64,000 nt of DNA from Pristiophorus japonicus. Taxonomy: Eukaryota. Each line of letters starts with the position of its first letter. Position 1 is the stretch's first letter. Under the pieces are notes generated by a model. That model did no database searches. It saw only the letters and a program-made list of their open reading frames with translations, and was not told the origin of the DNA. The stretch covers positions 1,116,001-1,180,000 of the forward strand of contig NW_027251843.1 of NCBI RefSeq assembly GCF_044704955.1, in the 5' to 3' direction. Both the position numbers and the translations under genes were made by a program. This document shows positions 1 through 11,887 of the stretch, one piece after another.

Positions 1-575
1 TGTCCGTTGTACCCCGTAGTGGACGGAATCCGCATTGTGACTCCGGCAGGAGCTCCTCAGCCACAGGGAGAAGACGGTTGAGGAGGATTCTAGCGATGAC
101 TTTCCCAATGGCTGATAACAGGGAGATTCCTCTGCTGTTGCCGCAGTCGAACTTGTCCCCTTTTTTAAAGATGGATCACGATTACTGCATCTCTGCGATC
201 TCCCGGCATGCTCTCCGCCCTCCTGATGAGAGAGATGAGGTCATGCATTCATGTCAATAGTGACGCTCTGCCATAAATTAATGCCTCAGCAGGGATTCCA
301 TCTGTCCCCGATGCCTTGTTGTTCTTGAGCTGACAGATGGCCTTTTCAACCTCGTGCAGGGCTGGGGTTTTACTGAGAAGGTGATGGGTAGCATGCTGCG
401 GGATGGAGTCGAGGACACTCAGATCTAAGGCAGATTCTCGATTAAGGAGATCTTCAAAGTGTTCCTTCCAGCAGGTTGTGACTGCCTCAGTGTCCTTGAT
501 GGGTGTCTCCTCGTTCTTGGCCAGCAGTGGGGTGGGGCCTTGGGTGCTTGGGCCGTAGGTGGATTGACTGCGGTG
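1..575 (-). mobile_element. RTE-clade LINE, reverse transcriptase fragment
   Basis: Minus strand translates to RGISLLSAIGKVIARILLNRLLPVAEELLPESQCGFRPLRGTTD, typical of RTE RT. Confidence 0.85.
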
Positions 576-829
576 TAAGTATTTTACCTACCCCTAAATC
601 CCTAAAATCCCGAACGCAAGGTCCCACTACCCATCGCCCATCCTCGGCCTACCTTCCAGGTCGACCTGCCTGCTGCCATGTCCCTCCAGCTGGACCCTCG
701 CTGCTCACTCCCCATTGGCCGACTCAGCTGCTCCAACCTATCCCGGCGAACTCAACGGCTGTGAGCCTCCGACCCGCCCCATCCACAGGTTTGGGCCCGA
801 CCTTCACTCCTCACCCTAACGTACGGGCC

Positions 830-1000
830 TCCCTCCCCCCCTCCCCCCCCCGGCGATGCTCGTGCCTCCCTCCCTCCCTCCCCCCGCCCCCCCCCCCCCA
901 GCGATGCTCGGGCCTCCCTCCCCCCCCCCCCGCCCCCCCCCCCCGGTGACACTCGTGCCTCCCTCGCCCCCGGCGACGCTCGGGCCTCCTTCCGGCCGCT
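830..1000. repeat. C-rich imperfect tandem repeat
   Basis: Recurring cggcga(t/c)gctcg(g/t)gcctccctcccccc units with poly-C runs. Confidence 0.7.
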
Positions 1001-1295
1001 GACCCCACTCAGCGGCGGAGTCCATGGTGAGCACAATGTCTGTGGTCTCTCTGACCTTTCCTCCTTCCACAAAATGGACCTCTGACCGTCACAATACCTG
1101 CCCTCAGACAGGCCTTGGTTTTCTCACTGAAGGGTGCCGCTCCTCCACTAGAGACCAGGAAACATGGCTCCTTCCTATTGGTTCTCCAAAGACTGAGCTT
1201 CGAACGCCACATCCTCTTATTTCCATCTCCAACGTTGCCCATCTCCGCCCTACATCAGCCCCTTGATGGAAGAAACCCATGGCTCTGCTTGGCTC

Positions 1296-1490
1296 TGTTG
1301 TGTATCTGTAAAGCATGCACTCCCATGTTCTGCCACCAGGGAGTACATCCCCTGAAGTCCCAAGGGATCCCAGCATCCCTTGGGAGCACTGTATATAAGC
1401 CAGCCCCTAAGGCCTGTTCCTCACTCTGGAGTGTCTTGATAAAGACTGAGGTCACTATTACTTTAACCTCCCTGTGTGCAGTCTCATCTC
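1296..1490 (+). mobile_element. Truncated solo LTR, Mag-like Gypsy family
   Basis: Starts TGTTG and has a TATA-like tatataag. Shares ccaagggatcccagcatcccttgggag and the overall layout with the Gypsy LTR at 54718-54940. Confidence 0.65.
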
Positions 1491-1669
1491 TAAACTCGAT
1501 TATTTCGTTGTCCCCTCCTGGCTTCCTTCATCCGCTCTCCATAAACCCCAACTTTCCAAAATGCAGTGTCCGTACCCTGCCTCACTCCAATATGAACCCT
1601 GACCTCACTGACCTACTGCCCCTGACCTCACTGACCTACTGCCCCTGACCTCACTGACCTCACTGACCC

Positions 1670-2135
1670 AGTGCGCTTACATATTGCAGTGTGGGCTGGC
1701 CCGTGCTGCCCCTGGGCCCTCGGCTCTTTTGGGCCGCGATCCCTCATTTGCCGCACCTCCACCACGATCCCTCACCGCTCCTCCGCCACCAACATTCGCC
1801 GCACCTCCGCCATGATCTCTCGCCGCACCTCTGCGCCAAACAGTCGCCTGACCTCCACCACGATCTCCCGCCGCACCTCCGCACCAAACATTTGCCGGAC
1901 TTCCGCCACGATCACCAACCGAATCTCAGCCACAATCCCTCATCGCTCCTCCACCTCGATCACTCACCACACCTCCCCGCGACCTTCCCACTCCTCTGCT
2001 TTACCTGGGTCCGCCGATGTTCCTGCCCACGCTCCAAATGCCGACCTGGGTCCTGATGACATCACCCAATCACCCACCTCGAAGCCATCGCTCACTTGGA
2101 GCTGCTCGCGCTGGAAGTTCTCATGGTATGATTGT
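1670..2135 (-). repeat. Unclassified interspersed repeat with internal short tandem units
   Basis: The start is the reverse complement of 7925-7975 (gcagtgtgggctggcccgtgct). It continues with degenerate cgcacctccgccac units. Confidence 0.55.
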
Positions 2136-2137
2136 AG

Positions 2138-4590
2138 TGGGTGATTTTAACCTGCACATTGATTTGACAAATCAAATTGGTCAGGGTAGCCTTGAAGAAG
2201 AGTTGATAGAGTGCATAAGGGACGGGTTCCTTGTACAGTATGTAAAGAAACTAACCGGGGGCAGGCTATCTTAGATCTGGTCTTGTGCAATGAGACAGGA
2301 TTAATAAACAATCTCCCAGTAAACGATCCCCTTGGAATGAGTGACCATATCATGGTTGAATTTCAAATTTAGATCGAGGGCGAGAAAGTTGAATCTCAAA
2401 CTAGTATACTAAGATTAAATAAAGGAGACTACAAAAGTATGAGGGCAGAGTTGGTTAAAGTGGACTGGGAAAATAGATTAAAATGTAGGACGGTTAATGA
2501 ACAGTGACGTACATTTGAGGAGATATTTAATCACTCTCAAGAAAAATATATTCCAGTGAGGAGGAAAGGATGTAAAAGAAAAGATAGCCATCCGTGGCTA
2601 ACTAAAGAAATAAAAGACGGTATCCAATTTAAAAACAAGGGCATACAAGGGCCAAAATTAGTGGGAGGACAGAAGACTGGGAAGCTTTTAAAATCCAGCA
2701 AAGAATGACTAAAAAAATGATTAAGAAATGGAAGATGAAAGTAAACTAGCACAAAATATAAAAACAGATAGCAAGAGTTTCTACAGGTATATAAAAAGGA
2801 AAAGAGCGGATAAAATAAATGTTGGTCCCTTAGAGGACGAGACCGGGGAATTAGACATGGGGAACATGGAGATGGCAGAAACACTGAGCAAATATTTTGT
2901 AGCAATCTTTACAGTAGAGGACACTAAAAATATCCCAACAGTGCATAGTCAGGGGTCTATGCGGGGGGGGGGGGGGGGAGGAGAGGAACTTCACACAATC
3001 ACAATCACTAAGGAGGTGGTTCTCAGTAAGATAATGGGACTAAAGGCGGATAAATCCACTGGACCTGATGGCTTACATCCTGGGGTCTTAAGAGAAGTAA
3101 CGACAGGGATAGTGGATGCATTGGTTGTAATTTACCGAAATTCCCTGGATTCTGGGGAGATCCCAGCAGATTGGAAAAATGCAAATGTAATGCCCATATT
3201 AAAAAAAGGATGCAGACAAAAAACAGGAAACTATAGAACAGTTGGGAAAATATTAAAGAAATAGTCGCAGGACATTTGGAAAATCATAATTCAGTCAGGC
3301 AGAGACAGAATGGATTTATGAAGGGGAAGTCATGTTTGACAAATTTGCTGGAATTCTTTGAGGATGTAATGAGCAGGGTGGATAAAGGGGAACCAGTGGA
3401 TGTGGTGTATTTGGATTTCCAGAAGGCATTCAATAAGGTGCCACATTAAAGGCACAGGATAAAAGTTCACGGAGTTGGTGGTAATATATAAACATGGATA
3501 GAGGATTGGCTAACTAACAGAAAACAGAGTCGTGATAAATGGTTCATTCTCGGGTTGGCAATCAGTCACTAGTGGGATGCTGCAGGAATCAGTGCTGGGA
3601 CCCCAATTATTTACAATCTCTATATCAACGACTTGGAAGAAGGGACCGAGTGTAATGTAGCCAAGTTTGCTGACAATATAAAGAAAGGAGTAAACACAAG
3701 GTATGAGGAGGAAACAAATAACCTGCAAAAGGACATAGACAGGCTAAGTGAATGGGCAAAAATTTGGGAGATGGAATATAATGTTGGAAAGTGTGAGGTT
3801 ATACACTTTGTCAGAAAAAAAATCAAAGAGCAAGTTATTATTTAAATGGAGAAAAATAACAAAGTGTTGCAGTGCAGCGGGAACTGGGGGTCCTGGTGCA
3901 TGAAACACAAAAGGTTATTACGCAGGTTCAGCAAGTGATCAGGAAGGCCAATGCAATCTTGGCCTTTATTGCAAAGGGGATAGAGTATAAATGCAAGGAA
4001 GTGTTTGCTACAGTTATACCGGGTATTGGTGAAGCCACAACTGGAATACTGCGTGCAGTTTTGGTTTCCATATTTAAGAAAGGATACACTTGCTTTGGAG
4101 GCATTCAGAGAAGGTTCACTAGGTTGATTCCGTAGATGAGGGCAATGACTTATGAGGAAAGGTTGAGTAGGTTTGGCCTACACTGAATGGAAATCAGAAG
4201 AATGAAAGGTGATCTTATCGAAACATGTAAAATTATGAGGGTGCTTGACAAGGTGGATGCAGAGGCTGTTTCCACTGATAGGGGAGACAAGAACTAGGAG
4301 GCATAATCTTAGAATAAGGGGCCGCCCATTTAAAACTGAAATGTGGAGGAATTTCTTCTCTGAGGGTTGTAAATCTGTGGAATTCGCTGCCTCAGAGAGT
4401 TGTGGAAGATGGGTCATTGAATAAATTTAAGACAGAAATAGACAGTTTCTTAACCGATAAGGGAATAAGGAGTTATGGAGAGCAAGCAGGGAAGTGGACC
4501 TGAGTCCATGATCGGATCAGCCATGATCATATTAAAAGGCGGAGCAGGCTCGAGGGGCCGCAGGCCTACTCCTGCTATTTCTTATTTTCT
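2138..4590 (+). mobile_element. CR1 LINE ORF2 (endonuclease end, RT, 3' UTR), decayed
   Basis: GDFNLHID, KADKSTGPDGLHP, KFADN and QRRFTRLIP pieces split by stops and frameshifts, followed by a CR1 3' tail. Confidence 0.93.
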
Positions 4591-5210
4591 AATCCCTCCT
4601 CCTCTCCAGCTCTCTCTCCTCCATCTAACGCCATTCTTTCACCCAGGCCTTCAATCACCCTTCCTAAAGCCCCCCGAACCCCCGCTCCCCACGTTCTTAC
4701 AGCAGCGATGTGAAGTGTCTTGTGACCTTTGGCACATTAAAGGCCCCAGATCAATGCAGACTGTGTGTGGATTTCGGGTGAGGACAGTGCTGGACACAGT
4801 GGTGAGGCCTCCTGCAGTCAGATATCCTGGTGATAGGGTCCAGGCTTACACACGTGGAATGAGGAAGTAGGTAAGGTCGGAATGTGCTGTCGGGGCCCAT
4901 GGAACTGGACCCCAGCATGAAGCCTTCCTCAGGAGAGGAGAGGGAATGTTCAGAGCCCTGGACTCCATTTCCCACACCAGGCATGTCCTGACCCAGTGAA
5001 TGAATGAGATGCCAATGTGGTGCCCAGGTTAGGGGCAGTCTAATGCTGTGGGCCCAGGTCTGCAAGAGGGAATTGGATATATACTTGAAAAGGAACAATT
5101 TGCTGGATTACGGGGAAATAGAGGCGGGGTGGGACTAATTGGGTAATTCTTTCAAAGAGCCGGCACAGGCACGATGGGCCGAATGGCCTCCTTCTGTGCT
5201 GTAAGATTCT

Positions 5211-5410
5211 CGGCTGTGAGCGCGGTTCACAGTTTTCTCCCGTGTCATTAACAGACGTACAGCTGTGACAACCTCCCTCTTTCACTTCCTCTGTGGGTGA
5301 AGTTTCATTCTTCCGATCTGACAGTCTCTTCAGTTATTTTTTGCACGGGGGATTTCTGCTGTGGTCTGAGTCTCTAATAATAACCGTCCAATCAGGCAGA
5401 ATAACAGCAG
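5211..5410 (-). promoter_or_regulatory. Candidate B-lymphoid enhancer, copy A (inverted duplicate of 15441-15640)
   Basis: E-box CAGCTG 5260-5265; TTTCACTTCC (reverse complement of EICE GGAAGTGAAA) 5280-5289; Runx-like TGTGGGT 5292 and TGTGGT 5360; kappaB-like GGGGATTTCT 5348-5357; CCAAT near 5388. Function is inferred. Confidence 0.55.
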
Positions 5411-5449
5411 CTAGGACCGCCTAGGACAGTGGACCCAGGCTCAGTGCTG

Positions 5450-5890
5450 ACCTTGCAACGTCCTCCTCACCAACATCTGGGGACTTGTGTCAAAAGTGGG
5501 ACAGCTGCCCCACAGACTAGTCAAGCACCAGCCTGACAAAGTCCTACTCACAGAATCATACCTTTCAGCCAATGTCCCAGACTCCTCCATCACCCGAGGT
5601 GGCAGCTCAGTGGTATACAGTCGGGAGGGAGTGGCCCTGGGAGTCCTCAACATTGACTCCGGACCCCATGAAGTCTCATGGCATCAGGTCAAACACGGGC
5701 AATGAAACCTCCTGCTGATTACCACCTCCCGCCCACCCTCAGCTGATGAATCAGTACTCCTCCATGTTGAACACCACTTGGAAGAAGCACTGAGAGTAGC
5801 AAGGGCACAGAATGTACTCTGGGTGGGGGACTTCACTGTCCATCACCAAGAGTGTCTCGGTAGCACCACTACTGACCGAGCTGGCCGAGA
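5450..5890 (+). mobile_element. LINE APE-endonuclease N-terminal fragment
   Basis: LVKHQPDKVLLTESYL and a GDF-type motif near 5825. A related piece (EPTRGKNLLDLVL) lies at 8390-8470. Confidence 0.7.
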
Positions 5891-5904
5891 GGGGCGATGC
5901 TGAC

Positions 5905-6950
5905 ATTGCAATCCCAGGTACCGGAGGACTGGAGGACTGCAAACGTGGTACCTTTGTTTAAAAAGGGAGAAAGGGATAGATCGAGTCACTACAGGTCAGT
6001 CAGCCTAACCTCGGGGGTGGGATAGGAGGAATCTTCATTTAACAAAACACGGATTAATCAAGGACAGTCAGCATGGATTTGTTAAGGGAAGGTCGTGTCT
6101 GAATGACTTGATTGAATTTTTTGAGGAGATAACCAGGAGGGTCGATGAGGGCAGTGCATATGATGCAGTGTATTTGGATTTTAACAAGGCTTTTGAGAAG
6201 GTCCCACACAGCAGACTGGTCACAAAAGTAAAAGCCCAGGGATCCAGGACAAAGTGACAAGTTGGATCCAAAATTGGCTCAGAGGCAGGAAGCAGAGGGT
6301 AATGGTTGATGGGTGTTTTTGTGACTGGCAGGCTGTTTCCAGTGGGGCTCGGCAGGGATCAGTGCTGGGTCCCTGGCTTTTTGTGGTATATATCAATGAT
6401 TTAGACTTGAATGTAGAGAGTATGATTACAGATGATACTAAGTTTGCAGATGATACTAAACTCGGCTATGGTTGATAATGAAGAAGAAAGCTGTAGACTG
6501 CAGGAAGATATCAATGAACTGTACCACAGCATTTTGTAATCTCTCCCCATTTAAATAATAATTTTTATTTTTCCTACCAAAGTGGATAACTTTACATTTT
6601 CCAACATTATACTCCATCTGCCATATCTTTGTCCACTCACTCAGCCTGTCTATATCCATTTGCAGAATCTTTGTGTCTTTCTCACAACTTGCTTTCTCAC
6701 CTATCTTTGTACATCAGCAAATTTGGTTACATTACACTCGGTCCCTTCATTCAAGTCATTAATTTCGGTTGTAAATAGTTGAGGCCCCAGCACTGATCCC
6801 TGCGGCACCCCACTAATTACAATTTGCCGACCTGAAAATGACCCATTGATCCCGACTCTCTGTTTGCTGTTAGTTAGCCAATCCTCTATCCATGCTAATA
6901 TATTACCCACAACCCCGTGAGCTCTTATCTTGGGCAGTAACCTTTTATGT
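5905..6950. mobile_element. Two opposed CR1 RT fragments (+ 5905-6520, - 6520-6950)
   Basis: QHGFVKGRSC and QGSVLGP motifs on +; GVPQGSVLGPQLF and KFADV on -. Confidence 0.88.
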
Positions 6951-7135
6951 GGCAAGGACGGCAGGTTTCCTTCCCTAAAGTATGTCACTGAACCAATTGG
7001 GCTTTTCTGACAATTTGACAGCTTTGTGGTCACTTTTACTGAGACCAGCTTTTTATTTCCAGCATTTAAAAAAGAGCTGAATTGAAATAGTCAAAGGGCC
7101 ATGGTGAGATTGTGGGGATTATTAGTGCAGGCCTG
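6950..7135 (-). mobile_element. tRNA-derived SINE fragment
   Basis: Similar to 63555-63715, which has a reversed B-box-like gtgggatttaaac. Confidence 0.5.
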
Positions 7136-7489
7136 TGGAGTGCTCTGCAGCAACATACCACGATATGACTGTACCCACAAGAGGTGTGTGTGCTGCTGGT
7201 GCCCGTGATCACAGGGCAATCATCGGCAAAGCAGCCCTGATAACATTCAGCTTTGGCTTTACATTGATCATTGTCCTGGATTGGTGCTGGGCACATCTCC
7301 TTGGGTTCTGTCCTCGGGTCTGGTGCTCACATTGTGCATACTATGGGGAGGTTGTGAGTGCATGATGTCACAATCAATGTTGACAATGTTCCTGTCTTGA
7401 TACATTGAGTATTCCCACCACTTCAAAGTTCTTGCCTTCAGTGTTTAATTAACAGTACGATTTCTTCGGACGAGACTTTAAACCGAGGG

Positions 7490-9600
7490 TACAGAGGATA
7501 TATGAGGATGTTGCCTGGACTGGAGAATTTTAACTATGAGGAACGATGGGATAGGCTGGGTTTGTTTTCTTTGGACAGAGGAGGCTGATGGGAGACCTGA
7601 TTGAGGTGTATAAAATTATGAGAGGCCTGGAAAGAGTTGGTAGGATGGACCTATTTCTGTTAGCCAGACACAAAAATATTACCTGAAATTGCTCTCTCCT
7701 ACAATAAAATAAGTTTTATTCCCATGTACAAAATCTTCAACAGAGCATGTAACTTTAATTATGCTTCAATTCATACTCAAGGAAGCAATGGTCTGTGCTT
7801 TGAACTCAGGGTTGGAGTTTCTGAATTTCCTCCTCCAGCTCAACAATCAGGGGGCATAGATTTAAAGTGATTAGAGGAGACTTGAGGGGAAATTTCTTCA
7901 CCCAGAGGGTCGTGGGGGTGTGGCCAGGGGCCCAGGGGTAGCACGGGCCAGCCCACACTGCGATATGTGTGCACACTCGGTCCGTACAGCAGAGCAGGTC
8001 TCCAGTCGTCTTGGTTAACCCTTGCCACTGGACCAAGACCTAGCTCTGTCGAGCCCGTGTGAAGGCTGGTGTGCAACGGTCACCACATGTTAAAAAAAAT
8101 CCACGCACAAGCATCCTCCACCCTTCAGGATGTAGGTCAGGACCTGGAATATTAGGTCCTTCATTAGTAGAGGCAGAAACCCTCACCACATTTAAAAAGT
8201 ACTTGGATGTTCACTTGAAGTTCCGTAACCTGCAGGGCTATGGACCCAGAGCTGGAAAGAGGGATTAGGCTGGATAGCTCTTTGTTGGGTGGCGCGGATA
8301 TGATGGTCTGAAACGGCCTCCTTCTGTGCTGTAAACCCCTGTGATTCTATGATTCTATGACATATCTGCCAGACTGGGCCCAGAGCAGGTGGGGAGAGAA
8401 CCAACACGAGGGAAAAACCTACTTGACCTCGTCCTCAACAATCTGCCTGTTGTAGATGCATCTGTCCATGATAGAATCATAGAAATTCACAGCACGGAGG
8501 GAATCCGTTTCGGCCTCTGCCAGCCAACCAAGAGCTATCCAGCCTCATCCCACTTTCCAGCTCTCTGTCCGTAGCCCTGTAACCTCTGCATCCTCTGCAC
8601 CCTTTCCAGTGCAATCACATCTTTCTTGTAATGTAATGTGGTGACCAGAACTGCACGCAGTACTCCTGCTGTGGCCTAACCAGTGTTTTATACAGTTCAA
8701 GCATAATGTCCTTGCTCTTGTATTCATGCCTCGTCTAATAAAGGCAAATATTCCACATGCCTTCTTAACCATCTTACCTTCCTGACCTGCTACCATCAGG
8801 AATCTGTGGACCTGTACTCCAAGGTCCCTTTGTTTCTCTGCACTTTTCAGTGTCGTACCAGTTAATGTGTATTCCCTTGCCTTGTTAGCCCTCCCCAAAT
8901 GCATTACCTCACACTACTCCGGATTGAATTCCATTTGCCACTGTTCTGCCCACCTGACCATTTCATTGATATCTTCCTGCAGTCTACAGCTTTCTTCTTC
9001 ATTATCAACCACACGGCCAATTTTAGTTTCAATTGCAAAATTCTTGATCATGCCCCTTACATTCAAGTCCAAGTCATTGATATATACCACAAAAAGCAAG
9101 GGACCTAGTACTGAGCCCTGCGGAACCCCACTGGAAACAGCCTTCCAGTCACAAAAACACCCGTTAACTATTACCCTTTGCTTCCTGCCTTTGAACCAAT
9201 TTTGGATCCAACTTGCCACTTTGCCCTGAAACCCATGGGCTTTTACTTTCATGAGCAGTCTTCCATGTGGGACCTTATCAAAAGCCTTGTTAAAATCCAT
9301 ACACACTACATCATATGCACTGCCCTCATCAATCCTCCTGGTTACCTCCTCAAAAAATTCATTTTATTCAGACACGATCTTCCCTTAACAAATCCATGCT
9401 GACTGTCCTTGATTAATCCGTGTCTTGTTAAATGAAGATTTATCCTGTCCCTCAGGATTTTTTCCAATAATTTCCCCACCACTGAGGTTAGGCTGACTGG
9501 CCTGTAATTACTCGGTCTATCCCTTTCTCCCTTTTTAAACAAAGGTACAACATTAGCAGTCCTCCAGTCCTCCGGCACCACACCTGTAGCCAGAGAGGCT
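7490..9600. mobile_element. Cluster of CR1 3' fragments (+ 7490-8360, interrupted; - 8470-9600)
   Basis: DFNKAFDKVPHGRL, GVPQGSVLGPLLF and NYRPVSLTSVVGK, with (attctatg)n tails. Confidence 0.88.
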
Positions 9601-10570
9601 CTGCATGCTTTCGGGTTTGGGACACATTTCGTCGCCCGGATCTGACTTTTGCACGTCGCCATGGATTGTCTGATTACGGTTAACGGGTCTTTGACGGCGT
9701 CCCTTTGCTTTGGGAAAGGGGTGTGCCAGGGATGCCCAATGCCTGGCCAGTTATATGCCATCTGCGTGGAGCCTTTCCTGCGCCTCTTGCGGAAGAGGTT
9801 GACGGGACTGGCTCTGTAATGGCCGGGCATGGAGGTTGTCCTCTCGGCTTACACTGATGATGTGCTCCTCATGGTCAAGGATTCCATTGACCTACTGAGG
9901 ATGCATGAGTGCCAGGAGATTTACTCGGCCGCATCCTCCGCCAGGATCAATTGGGAGAAATGTTCCGGACTCCTGGTCGGTCACTGGCAGATGAACTCCC
10001 TGCCAGAGGAGTTCAGGTCTTTTGCCTGGAGCATGACCCATCTCCTCTAAGCCTGGCCGGTGAACTGGCAGGAGCTGGAGGACAAAGTTGCCGCTCGCCG
10101 AGGGCGCTGGACAGGACTGTTCCAAGTGCTGTCCTACAGGGGTCGAGCGCTAGTCATAAACCAGCTAGTGGCCGCTATGCTGTGGTACTGGCTGGTCACT
10201 TTGCCCCCCCCCCCCCGGCCCTGCTTTTGTCGCCAAGATACAGAAGAAGCTGGTGGACTTCTTCTGGATAACAGGAAGCACTGGGTCTCTGCTGTGGTTC
10301 TGAGTCTCCTACTTAGGGAGGGCGGTCAGGCGTTGGTGTGCGTCAGTACCCAGCATGCGACTTTCCGTCTTCAGATCCTGCAGAGATACCTGTACGTCGA
10401 GCCCCTTCCTAGATGGTGTGCGCTGATGACATATTTCTTCCGCCAGCAGTACTGCCTCAATTATGGCACGCAGCTCCTGTTTGTGAGCCTGGGGGCATCA
10501 GGAGCACCATGCGTGGCTGCATGTCTTTTACCAGGAACTCATCAGGGTCTGAAACAGTGTTGCCACCAAG
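9600..10570 (+). mobile_element. Tx1-clade (L1 group) LINE RT fragment
   Basis: GVCQGCP..GQLYAICVEPFL, SAYTDDVLL, SSARINWEKC and LSYRGRALVINQL are characteristic Tx1/L1 RT motifs. Confidence 0.85.
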
Positions 10571-10830
10571 CGAGGAGGTGCAGAGGGGGTAGAGATGTTC
10601 TCTATCCAAGGGAGCGAGGAGGCTGCACCAGACAAACGTTTCAAAGGCAGTGAGACCAGGACCTGAGGACCTGGATGCAGTGCCACCAAATGTTCAATGA
10701 CCTAACGGAGTGGTCAAGGTCAGAGAATTCATCTTCAAAGTCCGTGTCCCACCAACAGCACCACTAGCCTCACACGCTGCTCAATGCACCACGCCCCCAT
10801 CACCCACCTGCCAACAAACTCTAGCAATCA
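10570..10830 (+). mobile_element. Probable Harbinger Myb/SANT ORF fragment
   Basis: RTWMQCHQMFNDL resembles the RTxxQCRKKFNDL motif of Myb/SANT-like proteins. Confidence 0.5.
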
Positions 10831-11279
10831 GGACTCATACACAAGAATATAAGGAAAAGGAACAGGAGTGGGCCGTACGGCCTCTCGAGCTGGTCCACCA
10901 TTCAATAAGGTAATGGCTGATCTGATCTTGGCCTCAACTCCACTTCCCCACCTGTTCCCCACAACCCGTGACTCCCCGTAGTTCAAGAATCTGTCTATCT
11001 CCATCTTAAATATATTCAATGACCCAGCCTCCACAGCTCTCTGGAATAGAGATTTCCGAAGATTCACGATTTTATTTCAGCACTGTGGCCAAGAGGACGC
11101 TGTGATGGTCAGTAACAGAGAGACGGTAAGGAATGGGACTAAAGTTGAAAAGGGATTGGAGATGTGGTCACTGGGACCACAGGCGGATGATTCGATCCCG
11201 GATATCCCGGCCAGAAAGTGGCTGTCTGGGTTGCCTCCTTCCTTCCACTTCCTCTCCTCCCTTTGCGAGCAGAAGCTGG

Positions 11280-11405
11280 AAATCTGAAATAAAGACAGTA
11301 AATGCTGGAAATACTCAGCAGGTCAGACAGCAGCTTGAGCTGAAACGTTAATTCTGTCTCTCTCCATGGATGCTGCCTGACCTGCTGAGTATTTACAGCA
11401 TTCTC
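11280..11405. repeat. Palindromic interspersed repeat (possibly Penelope-derived)
   Basis: aatgctggaaatactcagcaggtcagacagca is nearly the reverse complement of tgctgcctgacctgctgagtatttacagcatt. Confidence 0.55.
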
Positions 11406-11887
11406 AGTCTTTCCAGGGACCTTTCTTTACCACCCAAGGCCTTTAACACGTCCAGCAGCACCCCTTGCATTCCCTGCACACTGAGAAAATATTTAACATT
11501 TATTGCACCAAGCTACTACTTCCATAAAATATATTGTTTAAAACAGACCAGAGCTTAAATGCCAACATACCTGAAAGATGTGTGCCCCGTTAAGAAGCAC
11601 CAACAGCATCTGTGCAGGGCTGCTTCACGCCTGCTTTTCTGTGTGTGCTTAGGGCAGGGCTATATGGTGAGCGCCAACGCCCCAATTAACAGTCATGGCT
11701 CGAGCCAGGCATTGGTGTCACCATCTGACAATCCACACTGTGAGGCGAGTGCTGCCAACGACAGCGGTACGGCCCTTACCAAAATGGTGGATGACGTGTC
11801 CCGGGCCGCAAGCAAGGCGGCTGCGATTATTTGAACAAAACCCTCTTATTGGCTGGTGCTAGACCAGGGAAATTCTCGGCCAAAGAA

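Noticed and set aside
503-2144. Pro/Gly-rich and Thr/Ser-rich ORFs as host proteins
   Set aside because: They are by-products of low-complexity and tandem repeats.
7135-7470. Cys-rich short ORFs as a host exon
   Set aside because: No recognisable domain or convincing splice signals; left unassigned.
11081-11087. CACTGTG as a J-segment heptamer
   Set aside because: There is no nonamer at 12 or 23 bp and no FGxG downstream.
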